Below, piece by piece: positions 40,473-52,000 of a stretch of 63,640 nucleotides of DNA. Below the pieces are notes generated by a model. The model was not told the origin of the DNA. It was given only the letters and a program-made list of their open reading frames with translations, and searched no databases. The stretch is from assembly GCA_002269645.1 (NCBI GenBank), contig NIVC01004033.1, forward strand, positions 1 through 63,640, given 5' to 3'. The translations under genes and the position numbers were made by a program. Origin of the DNA: Macrostomum lignano (lineage: Eukaryota). Every line of letters starts with the position of its first letter. The stretch's first letter is position 1.

Positions 40473-43400
40473 CGCCTGCCTGTCTGTCTCTCTGACAGAC
40501 TGTCTGACTGTTTGTGAGCCTCTATGACTTCTATCAGTTTCTATCTTTCATTAACTCAGTAAAAATGCAAAGTTTTAAAATCGTTTTGCCATTTTTCTGC
40601 ACACAATATTATCTTAACGATTCAAATTGCTACAAAAGACAAGTGTGGCAAATTTGCTAGCCAAAACTCGTCCCTTGTTTTCATGCCGTGACCCAGAAGT
40701 CAGGTCGCTACTCTTCGCATTGAGACAAAAATAATGATATATTGAATTATGTTACGTCACCAATGCAGCAATACTCTCGTAACAAAGTTTTGTATTATTT
40801 ATTAAACTGCCGAAATCATAAACTAGTTTGTAATGACAATTAGCCAGGAATGCAGGACCCAGCCTAGAATCTGCTAGTCGCATACAGTGCACGCATTGAT
40901 TATTGATACAGTTTCAGGGAGATTATCATCACGAAAGTTGCTTTCACTTCAGGCAAAGAAAATCGACTTGTTTGTTGCGTTTTTTTCATTTTTCCAGTTT
41001 CTTAATTATGATGTGCGATTAATAAAAAAATGCAAGTTATTTACTTTTCATTTGTATCCCCAATCCAGGTGTCTGTTTCGAAGAGTTAAGTACATTAGTG
41101 TGCTCTTTCCCTAGCAGATCATCGACCAGTTGTATTTTTAGTATTAAGAGCCAGTCAGTTTTTATGGTATATTTAATACATAAGAATGATTGGTTTATCT
41201 GCAGACTTTATAGTCGCTATCAAATATTCGTGCTAGATGTCTATGCAAATTATTTTGTTTCAAAACAATGACCTAAAATTATCTATAATTTTTCTTTAAA
41301 ATGAACGAACTGGGGAACTGAGAGGGTGTAGCATTTTTTAACTCAGGCCATGTACATTCAGGACTCATTCTTACACCCTCCATATCGGCGGGCGCTCCGT
41401 CCTCCGGTCCACCGCTCCCGTTTTAGGCGAAGTCAGACTTCCTCAAGCTGCTGAAGGAGCAGTCGGGCCTCAGTCGGTCGTCGCGTTGGAGCGAGGTCCG
41501 CAAGACCATCGACTCAGATCCGCGCTACCGGGCAGTGGAGAGCAGCTCAAGGCGGGAGGACTACTTCAAGGATTACATCAAAGGATTAGATAGTGTGAGC
41601 TCATCAATCTGTTTGAGAATTTGTTTCTTTGAGAAGGCTTGTGTCTGGACTGGGGTCCTAGATGGCCACTACCGCTGTTTAGTTGGGTTAGATAAGTGGG
41701 TGAAGGTAGGTAGATAATGTGAGGTAGATAAGCAGGTGAGGTAGCTTAGCAGGTGAGGTAGATAAGCAGGTTAGGTAGATAAGCAGGTGAGGTAGCTAAG
41801 CAGGTGAGGTAGATAAGAAGGTGAGGTAGATAAGCAAGTGAGGTAGATAAGCAGGTGAGGTAGATAAGCAGGTGAGGTATTGCATAAATAAGCAGGTGAG
41901 GTAGATAAGCAGGTGAGGTAGATAAGCAGGTTAGGTAGATAAGCAGGTGAGGTAGCTAAGCAGGTTAGGTAGCTAAGCAGGTTAGGTAGATAAGCAGGTG
42001 AGATAGATAAGCAGGTGAGGTAGATAAGCAGGTGAGGTAGATAAGCAAGTGAGGTAGAAAAGCAGGTGAGGTAGATAAGCAGGTGAGGTAGCTAAGCAGG
42101 TGAGGTAGCTAAGCAGGTTAGGTAGATAAGCAGGTGAGGTAGATAAGCAGGTGAGGTAGATAAGCAGGTGAGGTAGATAAGCAAGTGAGGTAGATAAGCA
42201 GGTGAGGTAGATAAGCAGGTGAGGTAGATAAGCAGGTGAGGTAGATAAGCAAGTGAGGTAGATAAGCAGGTGAGGTAGATAAGCAGGTGAGGTAGATAAG
42301 CAGGCGATTTAGATAAGCAAGTGAGGTAGATAAGCAGGTGAGGTAGATAAGCAGGTGAGGTAGATAAGCAGGTGAGGTAGATAAGCAGGTGAGGTAGATA
42401 AGCGAGGTAGGATAGATAATCTAGGTAAGCAGAGGAGCCAGTTAAGGTAGGTGGATAATCCGATCCCAATCCTCTATCCTCTATCCTTCATCAGAAGAGC
42501 GACCGGCACCACGGTCACCGCGGTGAAGCTTTAGAGAAGTCCAGCGCTGGTGATACCAGCACCAAAGATGGTCAACAGAGCGGCGAGCCTGCCGCTGGCG
42601 CCTCGGCCGCCGCTTCAGATGACGAAGCCGACAATGAGGAAGCCGAAGACGAGGAGACTCGGCGCGTTCGGGAGCGCCGCGAGCGCCAAGAGGCCAGCAT
42701 TAGGGAGCGCCAGAAGGCCGTCAAAGAGGAGATGGCGTCTATTCTGCGCGAGCGGGACAAGGTAAACATGTCTAGCTGATGTTCTCCTCGGGTTCGTATA
42801 TATTTAATATATAAGCCGTTAGGTAGAGATGTGAGGAGATGGGGAAGATAGGGGAGAAAATGGGAAAGGTAAGGACAGGATGGGGAAGCTGAAGGAGAGG
42901 ATGGGGAAGCTGATGGAGAGGATGGGGAAGATGAGGGAGATGATGGGGAACATAAGGGAGAGGATGGGGAACATGAGGGAGAGGATGAGGAACATGAGGG
43001 AGAGGATGTGGAAGAAGGGAGGGTGGGGGAGTAGAAGGGAAAGATAAGGGAGAGGATATGGAAGGGTATTGAAAAGATAGAGGAGAGGGTGAGGGAGGGG
43101 ATGGAAAGATGGGGAGAGGGTGGGAAAGATGGGGGAGAGGATGGGAAAGATGGGGAGAGGGTGGGGAAGATGGGGGAGAGGGTCTGGAAGATGGGGAAGA
43201 GGGTGGGGAAGATGGGGAAGAGGATGGGAAAGATGGGGGAGGGGATGGGAAAGATGGGGGAGGATGGGAAAGATGGGGGAGAGGGTGGGGAAGATGGGGG
43301 AGAGGGTGGGGAAGATGGGGGAGAGGATGGGAAAGATGGGGGAGGGGATGGGAAAGATGGGGGAGAGGGTGGGGAAGATGGGGGAGAGGATGGGAAAGAT

Positions 43401-45116
43401 GGGGGAGGGGATGGGAAAGATGGGGAGAGGGTGGGGAAGATGGGGGAAGAGGATGGGAAAGATGGGGGAGAGGGTGGGGAAGATGGGGGAGAGGATGGGA
43501 AGATAGGAAGGATGGGGGAAGAGGATGGGAGATGTTGGGGAGAGAGTGAGAATGTGGAAAAATTATTCAGTTAGTAAGAGATAATGAGGATCTCCTTGCG
43601 GTTATTAATAAAATTTATAGAAGCATATACATTATTTACTCACTAAATTGTCTTGTTTCACATCCCTAAACAAAGGAGCGCGACGCTCATAAGCACACGG
43701 AAGCTGCCGACATGTTCCGCGCCCTGCTCTCCGACATGGTGCGCCACCCCGATGCTACCTGGCGTGAAGTGAAAAAAGCGCTGCGCCGTGACACCCGCTG
43801 GCAGGCGTGCGAAGCCCTCAGCCGGGACGAAAAGGCGGCCATCTTTGACGATCATTTGAAGACTCTTATTGGCAAAAGCAAAGAGATGTTCCACCGCCTC
43901 CTAGACGAGACCGACGGCATCGGGTTGGACATCACCTGGCACCAGGTGAAGCAATGCATTTGCGTGGCCTGAGAGCAAAGCAAAGCAAAATATTAAAGCT
44001 TTGATGTGCTTCGTATCTTAGTCAGTTAGCCCGAAACAAGCACTCCAGTTTTCTTCTGATAAGCTGTTTTAGTTTATCACAATGTTTATTAAGTAGTAAT
44101 GTACGTTTTGCCTCATTGCCTGTTAATCTGCAACAGAGGCAAATAAATTACTGTTGGATTAACCAATATGTACTTTTGTAGCTACTGTTTTCACTACTGT
44201 AGTGAAACAAAGTTTTACTCGTTTGAATACAAAAACAAACTATAGTTTATTAGAAATCATGATAAAAAGCGTCATAATAATCGCTAGAGTCATTGCAAAC
44301 AACTCACTAGGATTCTAGCAAGTTAGCAACTCTGTAGCGACTCCTGTGACTTCCTCTGATTCGTTATAAATGCAAAATGCGATTCCAATATTCATGAAGT
44401 GGCGCAGATGCACTTTAGACGCAACAACTCTGTGATTCTACAACGATTTTAGCACGTCTTAAACACGACTCTGCGGCCCCACAGTCATCATAGAAGCGCC
44501 CCAGAGTCACGGACAATAAAACGCCTTAAATTGACCCTTAGACGACTATTTGACGACTTTTTGGCGTCTTGCACTGTGACGTCGCGTCGTTTTAGAGTTG
44601 TCTAGAGTCACATTACCTATTTTACCTGTTACTGGTAACGATTCTCGGGCAACGCAAGTGACCCTGGGACGCTTCTTGGTCTGGGCACCGTCTGATCTGA
44701 GTGCCCAAAGCCCTCGCCTGCGAAGTAGGCAGCTAAATAAACCATATTAATTTCATTGACAGGCCCGCCGGCTCATACGCGACGATCCGCGCTACAAGCG
44801 ATTCTCCAGCAGCGAAAAGAAACGCGAGCGCGAGTTCAACGCCTGGCTGGAAGGCCGGCTAGATCGAGCCCGCCAGGAGCTCCGCCGCCTCCTAGACGAG
44901 TGCAAGTTCATCACGCACGAGACCGGGCGGCGCTACGAGGAGAGCGAAACGGTCCGCCGCGACCTGACCTCAGCTCTGGCCAAGGACCGGCGCTACCTGG
45001 TGTTCGAGCCGCTGCCCGCCCAGCGGGATCGCATCATTCTGGACTATTTGCGCGAGTGCGAGGCCAAGGGACCGCCGCCGCCGCCTACGGCTAGCGAGCC
45101 GGGCAAGCGAAAGTAA
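28623..45116 (+). CDS. TCERG1: Transcription elongation regulator 1 (CA150); exons 28623-29642, 29989-31454, 32481-32634, 41427-41594, 42495-42761, 43676-43945, 44763-45116; first exon not located; -1 frameshift near 28905
   Basis: Pro/Gln-rich N-terminus, three WW domains (ENVWVE..YFY..TRWERP; EWAEY..YYHN..TVWEKP; [23 protein letters not shown]), FF repeats ([29 protein letters not shown]), C-terminal [11 protein letters not shown]. All junctions are GT-AG and in phase. Confidence 0.95.
29795..29890 (+). repeat. (GACA)n microsatellite
   Basis: Perfect array in a TCERG1 intron. Confidence 0.98.
32000..32315 (+). repeat. Dispersed repeat, copy 1 (copy 2 at ~44360-44680)
   Basis: Shared blocks ttataaatgc.aaatgcgatt, gcagatgcactttagacgcaac, gacaataaaacgcctta, cgcaagtgac.ctgggacgct. 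Confidence 0.8.
32810..33700. repeat. Two adjacent G/purine-rich minisatellites (20-21-bp tgggtgtttgaaggagtggt; ~21-23-bp gaggtgtctggagagagga)
   Basis: Visible tandem arrays. Confidence 0.95.
34660..34800. repeat. Dispersed repeat, inverted copy at ~48730-48890
   Basis: Shared actgaaatgtacatggcag..aaggcaataaaaa.tg.g.cggggcgggggtag..gagccaataaa. Confidence 0.7.
36445..37025. repeat. 21-bp minisatellite (tgccattcttcaggttatgtc), ~28 copies
   Basis: Tandem array; explains ORFs 36420-37087. Confidence 0.95.
37760..38310. repeat. 58-bp tandem repeat, ~9 copies
   Basis: gggacctct recurs at 37870, 37928 and 37986. Confidence 0.95.
38938..40621. repeat. Tandem duplication of a ~0.82-0.86-kb unit (300-bp unique + (TCTG)n + ~95-bp unique)
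   Basis: cgatccttcccaaatc starts at 38938 and 39761; the 95-bp block recurs at ~39668 and ~40525. Confidence 0.95.
41718..42405. repeat. 17-bp minisatellite (gtagataagcaggtgag), ~40 copies
   Basis: Tandem array. Confidence 0.97.
42830..43545. repeat. Purine-rich degenerate ~21-bp minisatellite (gggaaagatgggggagagga)
   Basis: Nearly pyrimidine-free tandem array filling an intron. Confidence 0.95.
44360..44680 (+). repeat. Dispersed repeat, copy 2 (see 32000-32315)
   Basis: Co-linear similarity to 32000-32315. Confidence 0.8.
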
Positions 45117-46666
45117 CCGGAAGTAGCCGGAAGTGGCCGGATATCATTAGTATAGCGGATATTCGATCTGTAAAATGTCACCCATCCTGTCATCGTGTCT
45201 TATAGCGCAGATCTGTCTAATACTCGTACTAGATGATGAACCACTCCAGGTGTTCGATTTTTTCCCAAACTCGGTACCAAAACCCGACCCCGAACCCCAG
45301 ACACCCCTAGGAACAAGCAACCACAGTAAAATCATATTTCTCCGAGGTTGTGCTGACTTTTCATCTCCAAGATGTCACTTCATCAGAGAAAGACGCTAAT
45401 GGCGTCTGCTTTAATACTGAAGTATAAATAGGAGACAGGAAAATTATAGTGTGTTTTTTGGAGAAATAATATGTTTAAGTGGCAAGCTCTCAACATCACC
45501 AGATTATATTATCGACACCACAATTTGCAGATCGAAATTCGCTTCTTTTTTGTTGTTTCACTCGCCATAATTTAAATCTGTGACCTGATGCTACTGTTAG
45601 TAGCACTGTCGATTGCATCAAGTTTTCGGTCAAATATATTGTGTAAAACTGGGCATAAGCTGTTGCTAAGCAAGACCAATGATAGCTGAATTGATTGCAT
45701 CTTTTTGTTCTCCCTTCCCTTGTCTCGTTTATGTATCTTTTCTGATGAATAACTTAATAATACATATTCCATTTGTGTCCGTATTACCAGTTTCTTCAAT
45801 TGTCATTCTTTGCCTCCCCTGTGTAGAATTTTTAAACTGTTTCCTAGGCATCCACAGTTGTTGTCAGCGACGTTTATTAAATTATTATTGTTATATAGCT
45901 AACTTACATTCTGGCCTATGCTATTTTATTGTATGTTTTTGCCCCCCCCCCATGCGCTTAGTCAGTAGCATGTAACGCATAGTGTTGCCTGCAATTCATT
46001 ATTAAGCTAATTACCGTACCAATTTGACCTGCTTATCCGATTGTCCCGTTACTGACGCTTAGCAGCAACCTTTGCTCGTGTTTTTTTATATTGTAATAAA
46101 CTATATCCATTGGAAGTATGTTCCTTATTGTGTGAACGGTAACGGTTTCTGCGTTCTGGTTTAATCCTTTTCATCACAGATTAAAGATCAAATTGAGGAC
46201 CTTCGGAATAATAGCTTCCTTTATAATTGTTTCCTTCTTTTAAGTTTAGTAGCTCGGAGGGTTTGCAAAACTTTTCTCGGGGACCCAACTCTCACCTATT
46301 GCTAGCCAGTTTCCCCTCTACTTAAAAAACTTAACTACAGAATACTCCTAATAGTAGTGTAAATTGAAAGTTGCAACTTTTTATTCCTACTTTAACCCAT
46401 GGGCTTCGTTATAAATCAAATTCTTTAAATTCTTATAATCAACGAAATCCAGCGAGGAATAAAGAAGTCACTTCGCTTCCATATCTCCTGTGTTCCCTGA
46501 TCTGCAAGAGAAGGGGGCGGAGGACGGCAGCAAGGCCTTTTCATTTCTGAGCAGTCGCTCAACAGACTAAGCAATAGGAGCGCATTTTACACAGCTTTCC
46601 ACGCGAACTGTTAGCTGCTTAGTAAATAATAGACGGAAAATTAGGATTTTTTTATGATAGGGCCCT

Positions 46667-48570
46667 ATGTCTGCTATTCCAGTCTTTCAATAGCGAACAG
46701 GCCGAGCTCGGCAATCCGTTTTTGCCCAGTCGGCGACTTGCCCGCAGCCCTCCGCCAGCAGCGACGCCGACGGCGGTTGAGGGCGCGATGGCGCCGCTAG
46801 CGTCTTCGCAGCCGCACGACTTTGTAAAATCGACTGACAGTGACGGAGATGCGGTCTGTAGCAAGCCTTTGACGGTGAGAGTTTTTGTTAGTGTATGTTG
46901 GATGTTGGATTAATGCTTTTAATTGTGACAGTATTTATCATGGTTTTATTTGTACTTTGTAGGCTCCTGCAGTGACTATTTCGGAACCGGAAGTGGAGGC
47001 AAAAATCGAGTCACGGCTTGATACGAAATCGAATTCGGTAGCAAATCCGGAGAATGTATCGGCAGGACTGGAAGTAGCGCCTGAAATTCCGAAAGAAGCA
47101 GAGCTAGAAGCGGCGCCAGAAGTTCCACAGGAAGAGGAACCTGAAGTTCCGCCGGATGTTCCACAGGAAGAGGAACCTGAAGTTCCGCCGGATGTTCCAC
47201 AGGAAGAGGAACCTGAAGTTCCGCCGGATGTTCCACAGGAAGAGGAACCTGAAGTTCCGCCGGATGTTCCACAGGAAGAGGAACCGGAAGTTTCGCCGGA
47301 TGTTCCACAGGAAGCGAAACTGGAAAGGACGCCGGAATCGGGAAGAAAAAACGAGGAAAATTCTGCTGATTCCTTGACGACAGCTAACCCGATTGCTGTC
47401 CAGGCTGCCACCCAGGGCGACCCGGAGCTGCACCGGCGGCTGCTGGAAGCCGAGGCCCAGGTTGCGCGCCTGGTTGAAGAGAACGGTCGCCTGCGATTCG
47501 ATGTGGACTGCTCACACCTGGTGTTCGGCGAATTCGACCGCTGCCTGCGCAGGCTCAACGAGCAGAAGCTGACAGGCGATCGACAGGTTGAAGGCATTCT
47601 TAGGGAGAAGATTCAGGTAAGATATTCTCATCCATGTTTTCTGCATGTTTGGTATATGAGGATAAGCGGTTTTATATTATGCCGCTCTGTCGCATGGCAG
47701 GCTCTCGAGGATCTCCGATCGATGGAGGCGGCATTCACCGAGTTGCATAGGCGCTTCGAACGGTCAAAACTGGTTGTTGAGGCTCTGCGAAATAAGGAGG
47801 CTGCACTTAATCGGTGTGCGAGCGAGTGTCAGGTTAGTAAATGTGCAGGGATGTGCCGATATGCCAGTGAGAGGGGCGATGCTGGTGAGCAGGGAGAGGA
47901 GATGCCAGTGAGAGAGGGGAGATGGCAGTGAAAGTGGAGAAGCCAGTGAGAGAGGGGAGAAGCCAGTGAGAGGGGAGGTGCTAGTGAGCAGGGAGAGGAG
48001 ATGCCAGTGAGAGGGGAGATGCCAGTGAGCAGGGGAGGAGATGCCAGGAAGAGGGAACGGAACTGTCATACGTTAAGACCGGGATGGATCAAATAGGTTT
48101 TCTGTGAGATAGATGGCAAGCAAGGAAGAACGAGAAAGCAACCCATCATCTAAGAACCATTTTCTCGTAAAATTTTTGACACAATCAATAAAGTAAATGG
48201 TAGCATGGTAGTCTGAAAGATAGTTAATAAACATATGTAGAGCACTGCATCAACGTCGACGACGTTAATTGTTTAAACAAAGCCAACACCTGACCTCACC
48301 TGACAGACTCGCCTCGCGCGCAACGAGCAGCGCTATCACGATTTGAAGGCGCTCGCCGAGACCCGGCTGGAGGCGGCCAGCCGTTACTTGGCTGAGCAGC
48401 GCCGCGCCGCCGACGCTGACGTGGCCCGGCTGCAGGCGGTGCTGCGCAAGGCGGAGCTGCGAACTCACAATCTGCAGGCTGAGCTCGACCAGCGGGTGCG
48501 GGAGAATGCCGAGCTCACGAGCATCTGCGATGAGCTCATTCGTCAGGTGGGACAGGATAGTGACGCCTGA
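46667..48570 (+). CDS. TACC: TACC-family coiled-coil protein (exons ~46667/46683-46874, 46963-47616, 47701-47832, 48307-48570; start uncertain)
   Basis: C-terminus ALEDLRSMEAAFTELHRRFERSKLVVEALRNKEAALNRC..EQRYHDLKALAETRL..LQAVLRKAE..ENAELTSICDELI matches the TACC domain. Junctions are phase 0. The ATG at 46667 needs a 1-nt correction, or an acceptor at 46682 is used. Confidence 0.9.
47122..47310 (+). repeat. Coding 36-bp repeat x~5 (VPQEEEPEVPPD)
   Basis: In-frame tandem copies in TACC exon 2. Confidence 0.95.
47860..48050. repeat. Purine-rich intronic minisatellite (gatgccagtgagagggga)
   Basis: About 8 degenerate copies. Confidence 0.85.
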
Positions 48571-49959
48571 CTTTGTCTGCCTGTCACCGTGTAAAATAGT
48601 GTAAAATAACTCCCAGTTCTGAGCCTGTTTCAGTTGATACCACAGATACTAGAATAACTGGATGGCCCACTCAGCACATTTGCGTGTAAGCTACTTTCAG
48701 TTCAGTAGTAAGTTAAAGTGAAGCGTTTTAATGTATTTTTAAAGACATGGCTCATTTATTGGCTCTTACCCCAGATTAAAACCTTCCAACCGCGCCTTTC
48801 CACACTACCCCCGCCCCGCCGCAATTTTTATTGCCTTTCTCGGAATTCAAGCCTAAAGCTGCCATGTACATTTCAGTGGGCTAATGTACAGTATTACTGC
48901 TAAACCAATCAGCAAGCTGTTTAAGCCCGCAAGCTTGGTCGAACTTGGTAAGCTTATGAAAGTCATTTCAGCTGCCTTTATTCTTATAAAATAGCTTATG
49001 TATTCTTCTTTGCTACTGAACTGAAAGTAGAAAGCTGTTTTACTGACTATATATGCCTGAGTGGCCCATCTAGTTATTTTAGAATCTGTGATTGATACTT
49101 TGCTAGCTATTGGTTTCTTCTGAGCTGAGCTGCTGAGCTGCAGTTTCACACATTTTTATTTTATCATTTTCATTTTTATCAATAATCATTCTATAATTTG
49201 TCCTAACTATTCTTGTGTTACACATTCCGCATGCAGTTTGCTTTTGCAAGCCCGTGCATTATTGGGTGATATTGCGTGCAGGTCTTTTGCCTCTGATCTA
49301 TTTGTTGGAAAACTTTTAAATGTTACTTTTTGCACACAGCTTATTGTAGAATGCGTCTGTGCAACCGAACTCTTTGTTTTGTCTTCTATTGTCTAAATCT
49401 GTACGTTAAGCAGCTGATCGTGGCAATTGGTCTTTTGTCTTTATTTTCCTCTTAGTCTTGCTGCTGGTTCCGGTGCAATCACCTTCTGTTTTATAATTGT
49501 CCGATATCTTCTGTTCTTATCGCTAAACCAATTTGTGTTCAACATTTCCTAGTGCCTTGCGCAGTTAGGAATAGTCACATTATTGTTAGTCAGTTTTTGG
49601 CGAAAATATATTTGCTTTTTTGTAATTGAATAAAACCTAAACGCTTTTAGAGTTTTTTGAATATCAAATCATGAACTGGAATCTCGACCTCTGTGGTCAA
49701 AATGAAAATTTATTAAATGTTTTCAGATAGGCTCCTTATAAGACTGCTTTTTTTCAGCAACACCATCGAGCACAAGCAACGTGTAGAAAACAAGCTTCTA
49801 CCTCTATAAGGTAGTATTTTCAGGATTTTTTTAACAGTGAAGACGAACACTTTGCTACAGATACATCGGCCATACTCGTACATATACGCTCGTACATCCC
49901 ATTGGGATGAGAATTGTGTTGTGGGCAAATCTTGCGATAAAACTCAATAAGTCTCCATT

Positions 49960-52000
49960 AGGGAATACAAAATCCCGAGTTTTGCCAATCCCGGGATTCT
50001 CGGGATCGGGATATCCCGGAGATGGAGAGCTGGTAGCCTAGGTTGTGGTCCGATGGCAAGGTCCAACTCCAACTGTTCTAATCCCAACTACGATCAAGGA
50101 GTTTTGAAGGTATAGGGACTTACTAATACAAAATCGAGAGTTTTGCCAATCCCGGGATTCTCGGGATCGGGATATCCCGGACTTTGCCAATCCCGGGATC
50201 CCGACAAATTGGGCCGGGATCCCGGGATTTAAAAAGTTTAATCTTTGTTGATGCAACTTTGGTTTACGAAGCCATCTAATCTGATTTTATAGGGCTTTCA
50301 AAATAAAGTAGAACAAAACAAAATATTTTGCTAACAAGAAACTGACAATGAGCTCTGAATTTGGAGTGTGATGTACGAACTGGCATAGTAGACGTTCTTT
50401 TTTACATGCCAGGATCAGCTCAGGAAAATCCCACTTTAATGTGATGTCAACTGAGGATTGGGGAATGATAGCTTACAGAGCTATGGCCCGAGGCACTGTT
50501 CCAATCCCAACTACGGCCAAGGAGTTTTGAAGGTACGGACTGCTTAAAGTACATGTAGTTCTGCCACCACCCCTAAGCTGGGAATCTAAAAGGTGTCCTG
50601 ACAGTGCTGAGAATGAGGTCTTTTGCATAGGGGGCAGGGGCTTCTGATCTGCGCAAGGTCGAGGCCCCCTGATTTTACGCTCGTAGCTGGGTTTGAGATA
50701 GAGGGGGGGGGGTTCAAATCAACAATGATTTGATTCCCGTCTGGCAAGCTATAGCGCTGCATGTGATCGGAGACAATGAAGAATTGGCCTCTATTGCTTT
50801 AGGCTCTGTGCACAGGTTTTAGAATAACAATAAGTACATTAGTCTGCGAGTAACATTCACACACTTGCATAACTCGTATGTACATTTTTACACCTGAAAT
50901 CTCCTTCGATATGCCAATGCTAACAGCTTCAGTTTTGTATCCCTGTAGCCCTAGCCTTCTCACTAGCCTGCATGTTTAAAAGATTAATAAATCAAAGCAG
51001 GCCGACTCGGTTATGATTATGAATTATGATTTTCACCTGACAGTAGCTCAGCTGCAGATACTATACTACTCGAGAATGAATGATTGAATTATTGCAAACC
51101 GGGATTGGGATCCCGATGGTCGATACCGGGATTTTCGAATCCCAGACAAGTGTGATCCCGGTAGAATCCCGGGATGAAATTTATGAAGCTTATGAAATTT
51201 CGAGCTTATGAAAGCAACCCGGATAAGGGAATACAATCCCGGGATCCCGAAATCCCGGGATTAGGTCCAAATCCCGGGCCGGGATTTCGATTATGCCTGA
51301 GGGTTGCTTTCACAAGCTCGAAATTTCACAACCTCGAAACCAGTTACTTTCATAAGCTCGAAATTTCATAAGTTCAAAATTTCACAACCTCGAAAACCAT
51401 TCTAGCAGCCCACTTTCACAAACCCGAAACTTCACAAGCTCGAAATTTCATATCCTCGAAAATTATCCGCGAAGTCGGCTGCTAAAATGGTTTTCGAGGT
51501 TGTGAAATTTCGAGCTTGTGAAGCGGCCCCCCTTATCCCGGCCCGGGATCCCACGGGATCGAAAATGTTTCTGATTTTTTTGGTGTAATTTTGGTTTACG
51601 CAGCCATCTAACATGATTTTAAAGGGCTTTCAATGATAAAGGTAGAACAGAAAAAAATATTTTGCAAGCGCAATGAGCTCTGAATTGATGTGTGATGTAC
51701 GGGCTGGCGTAATAGACGTGCTTTTTTACATGCCAGTTTCAGCTCAGGAAAATCACACTTGAATTTGATGTCAACTGGGGATTGGGGAATGATAGCTTAC
51801 AGAGCTATGGCCCGAGGTACTGATACCAGGGTAGAAGGGTATCAGACCTCACCCTCCCAGGGGCACCCGCCACCCGCCCTAGATGGAGAATTGGTAGCTT
51901 CGGTTGTGGGTGGTCCAATCGCAAGGTCCCACTATTCTAATCCCAACTTCATGTGGATGTGGCCAAGGAGTTTCGAAGGTAGGGAGCTAGTAGAATGAAT
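49960..52000. mobile_element. Mosaic of MITE-like pieces (atcccgggat family, foldback arms) and duplicated spacer blocks
   Basis: Repeated palindromic atcccgggat; 50255-50500 is similar to 51585-51830; 50020-50115 is similar to 51880-51985. Confidence 0.65.
51300..51530. mobile_element. Foldback-like element related to 14628-15193 (unit tcacaagctcgaaatt)
   Basis: gggttgctttcacaagctcgaaatttcacaacctcgaaa is mirrored by ttttcgaggttgtgaaatttcgagcttgtgaagcggcccc; an orphan arm lies at 51174-51222. Confidence 0.7.

Noticed and set aside
43089-43574. Gly/Glu/Trp-rich ORFs
   Set aside because: Purine-rich intronic minisatellite.
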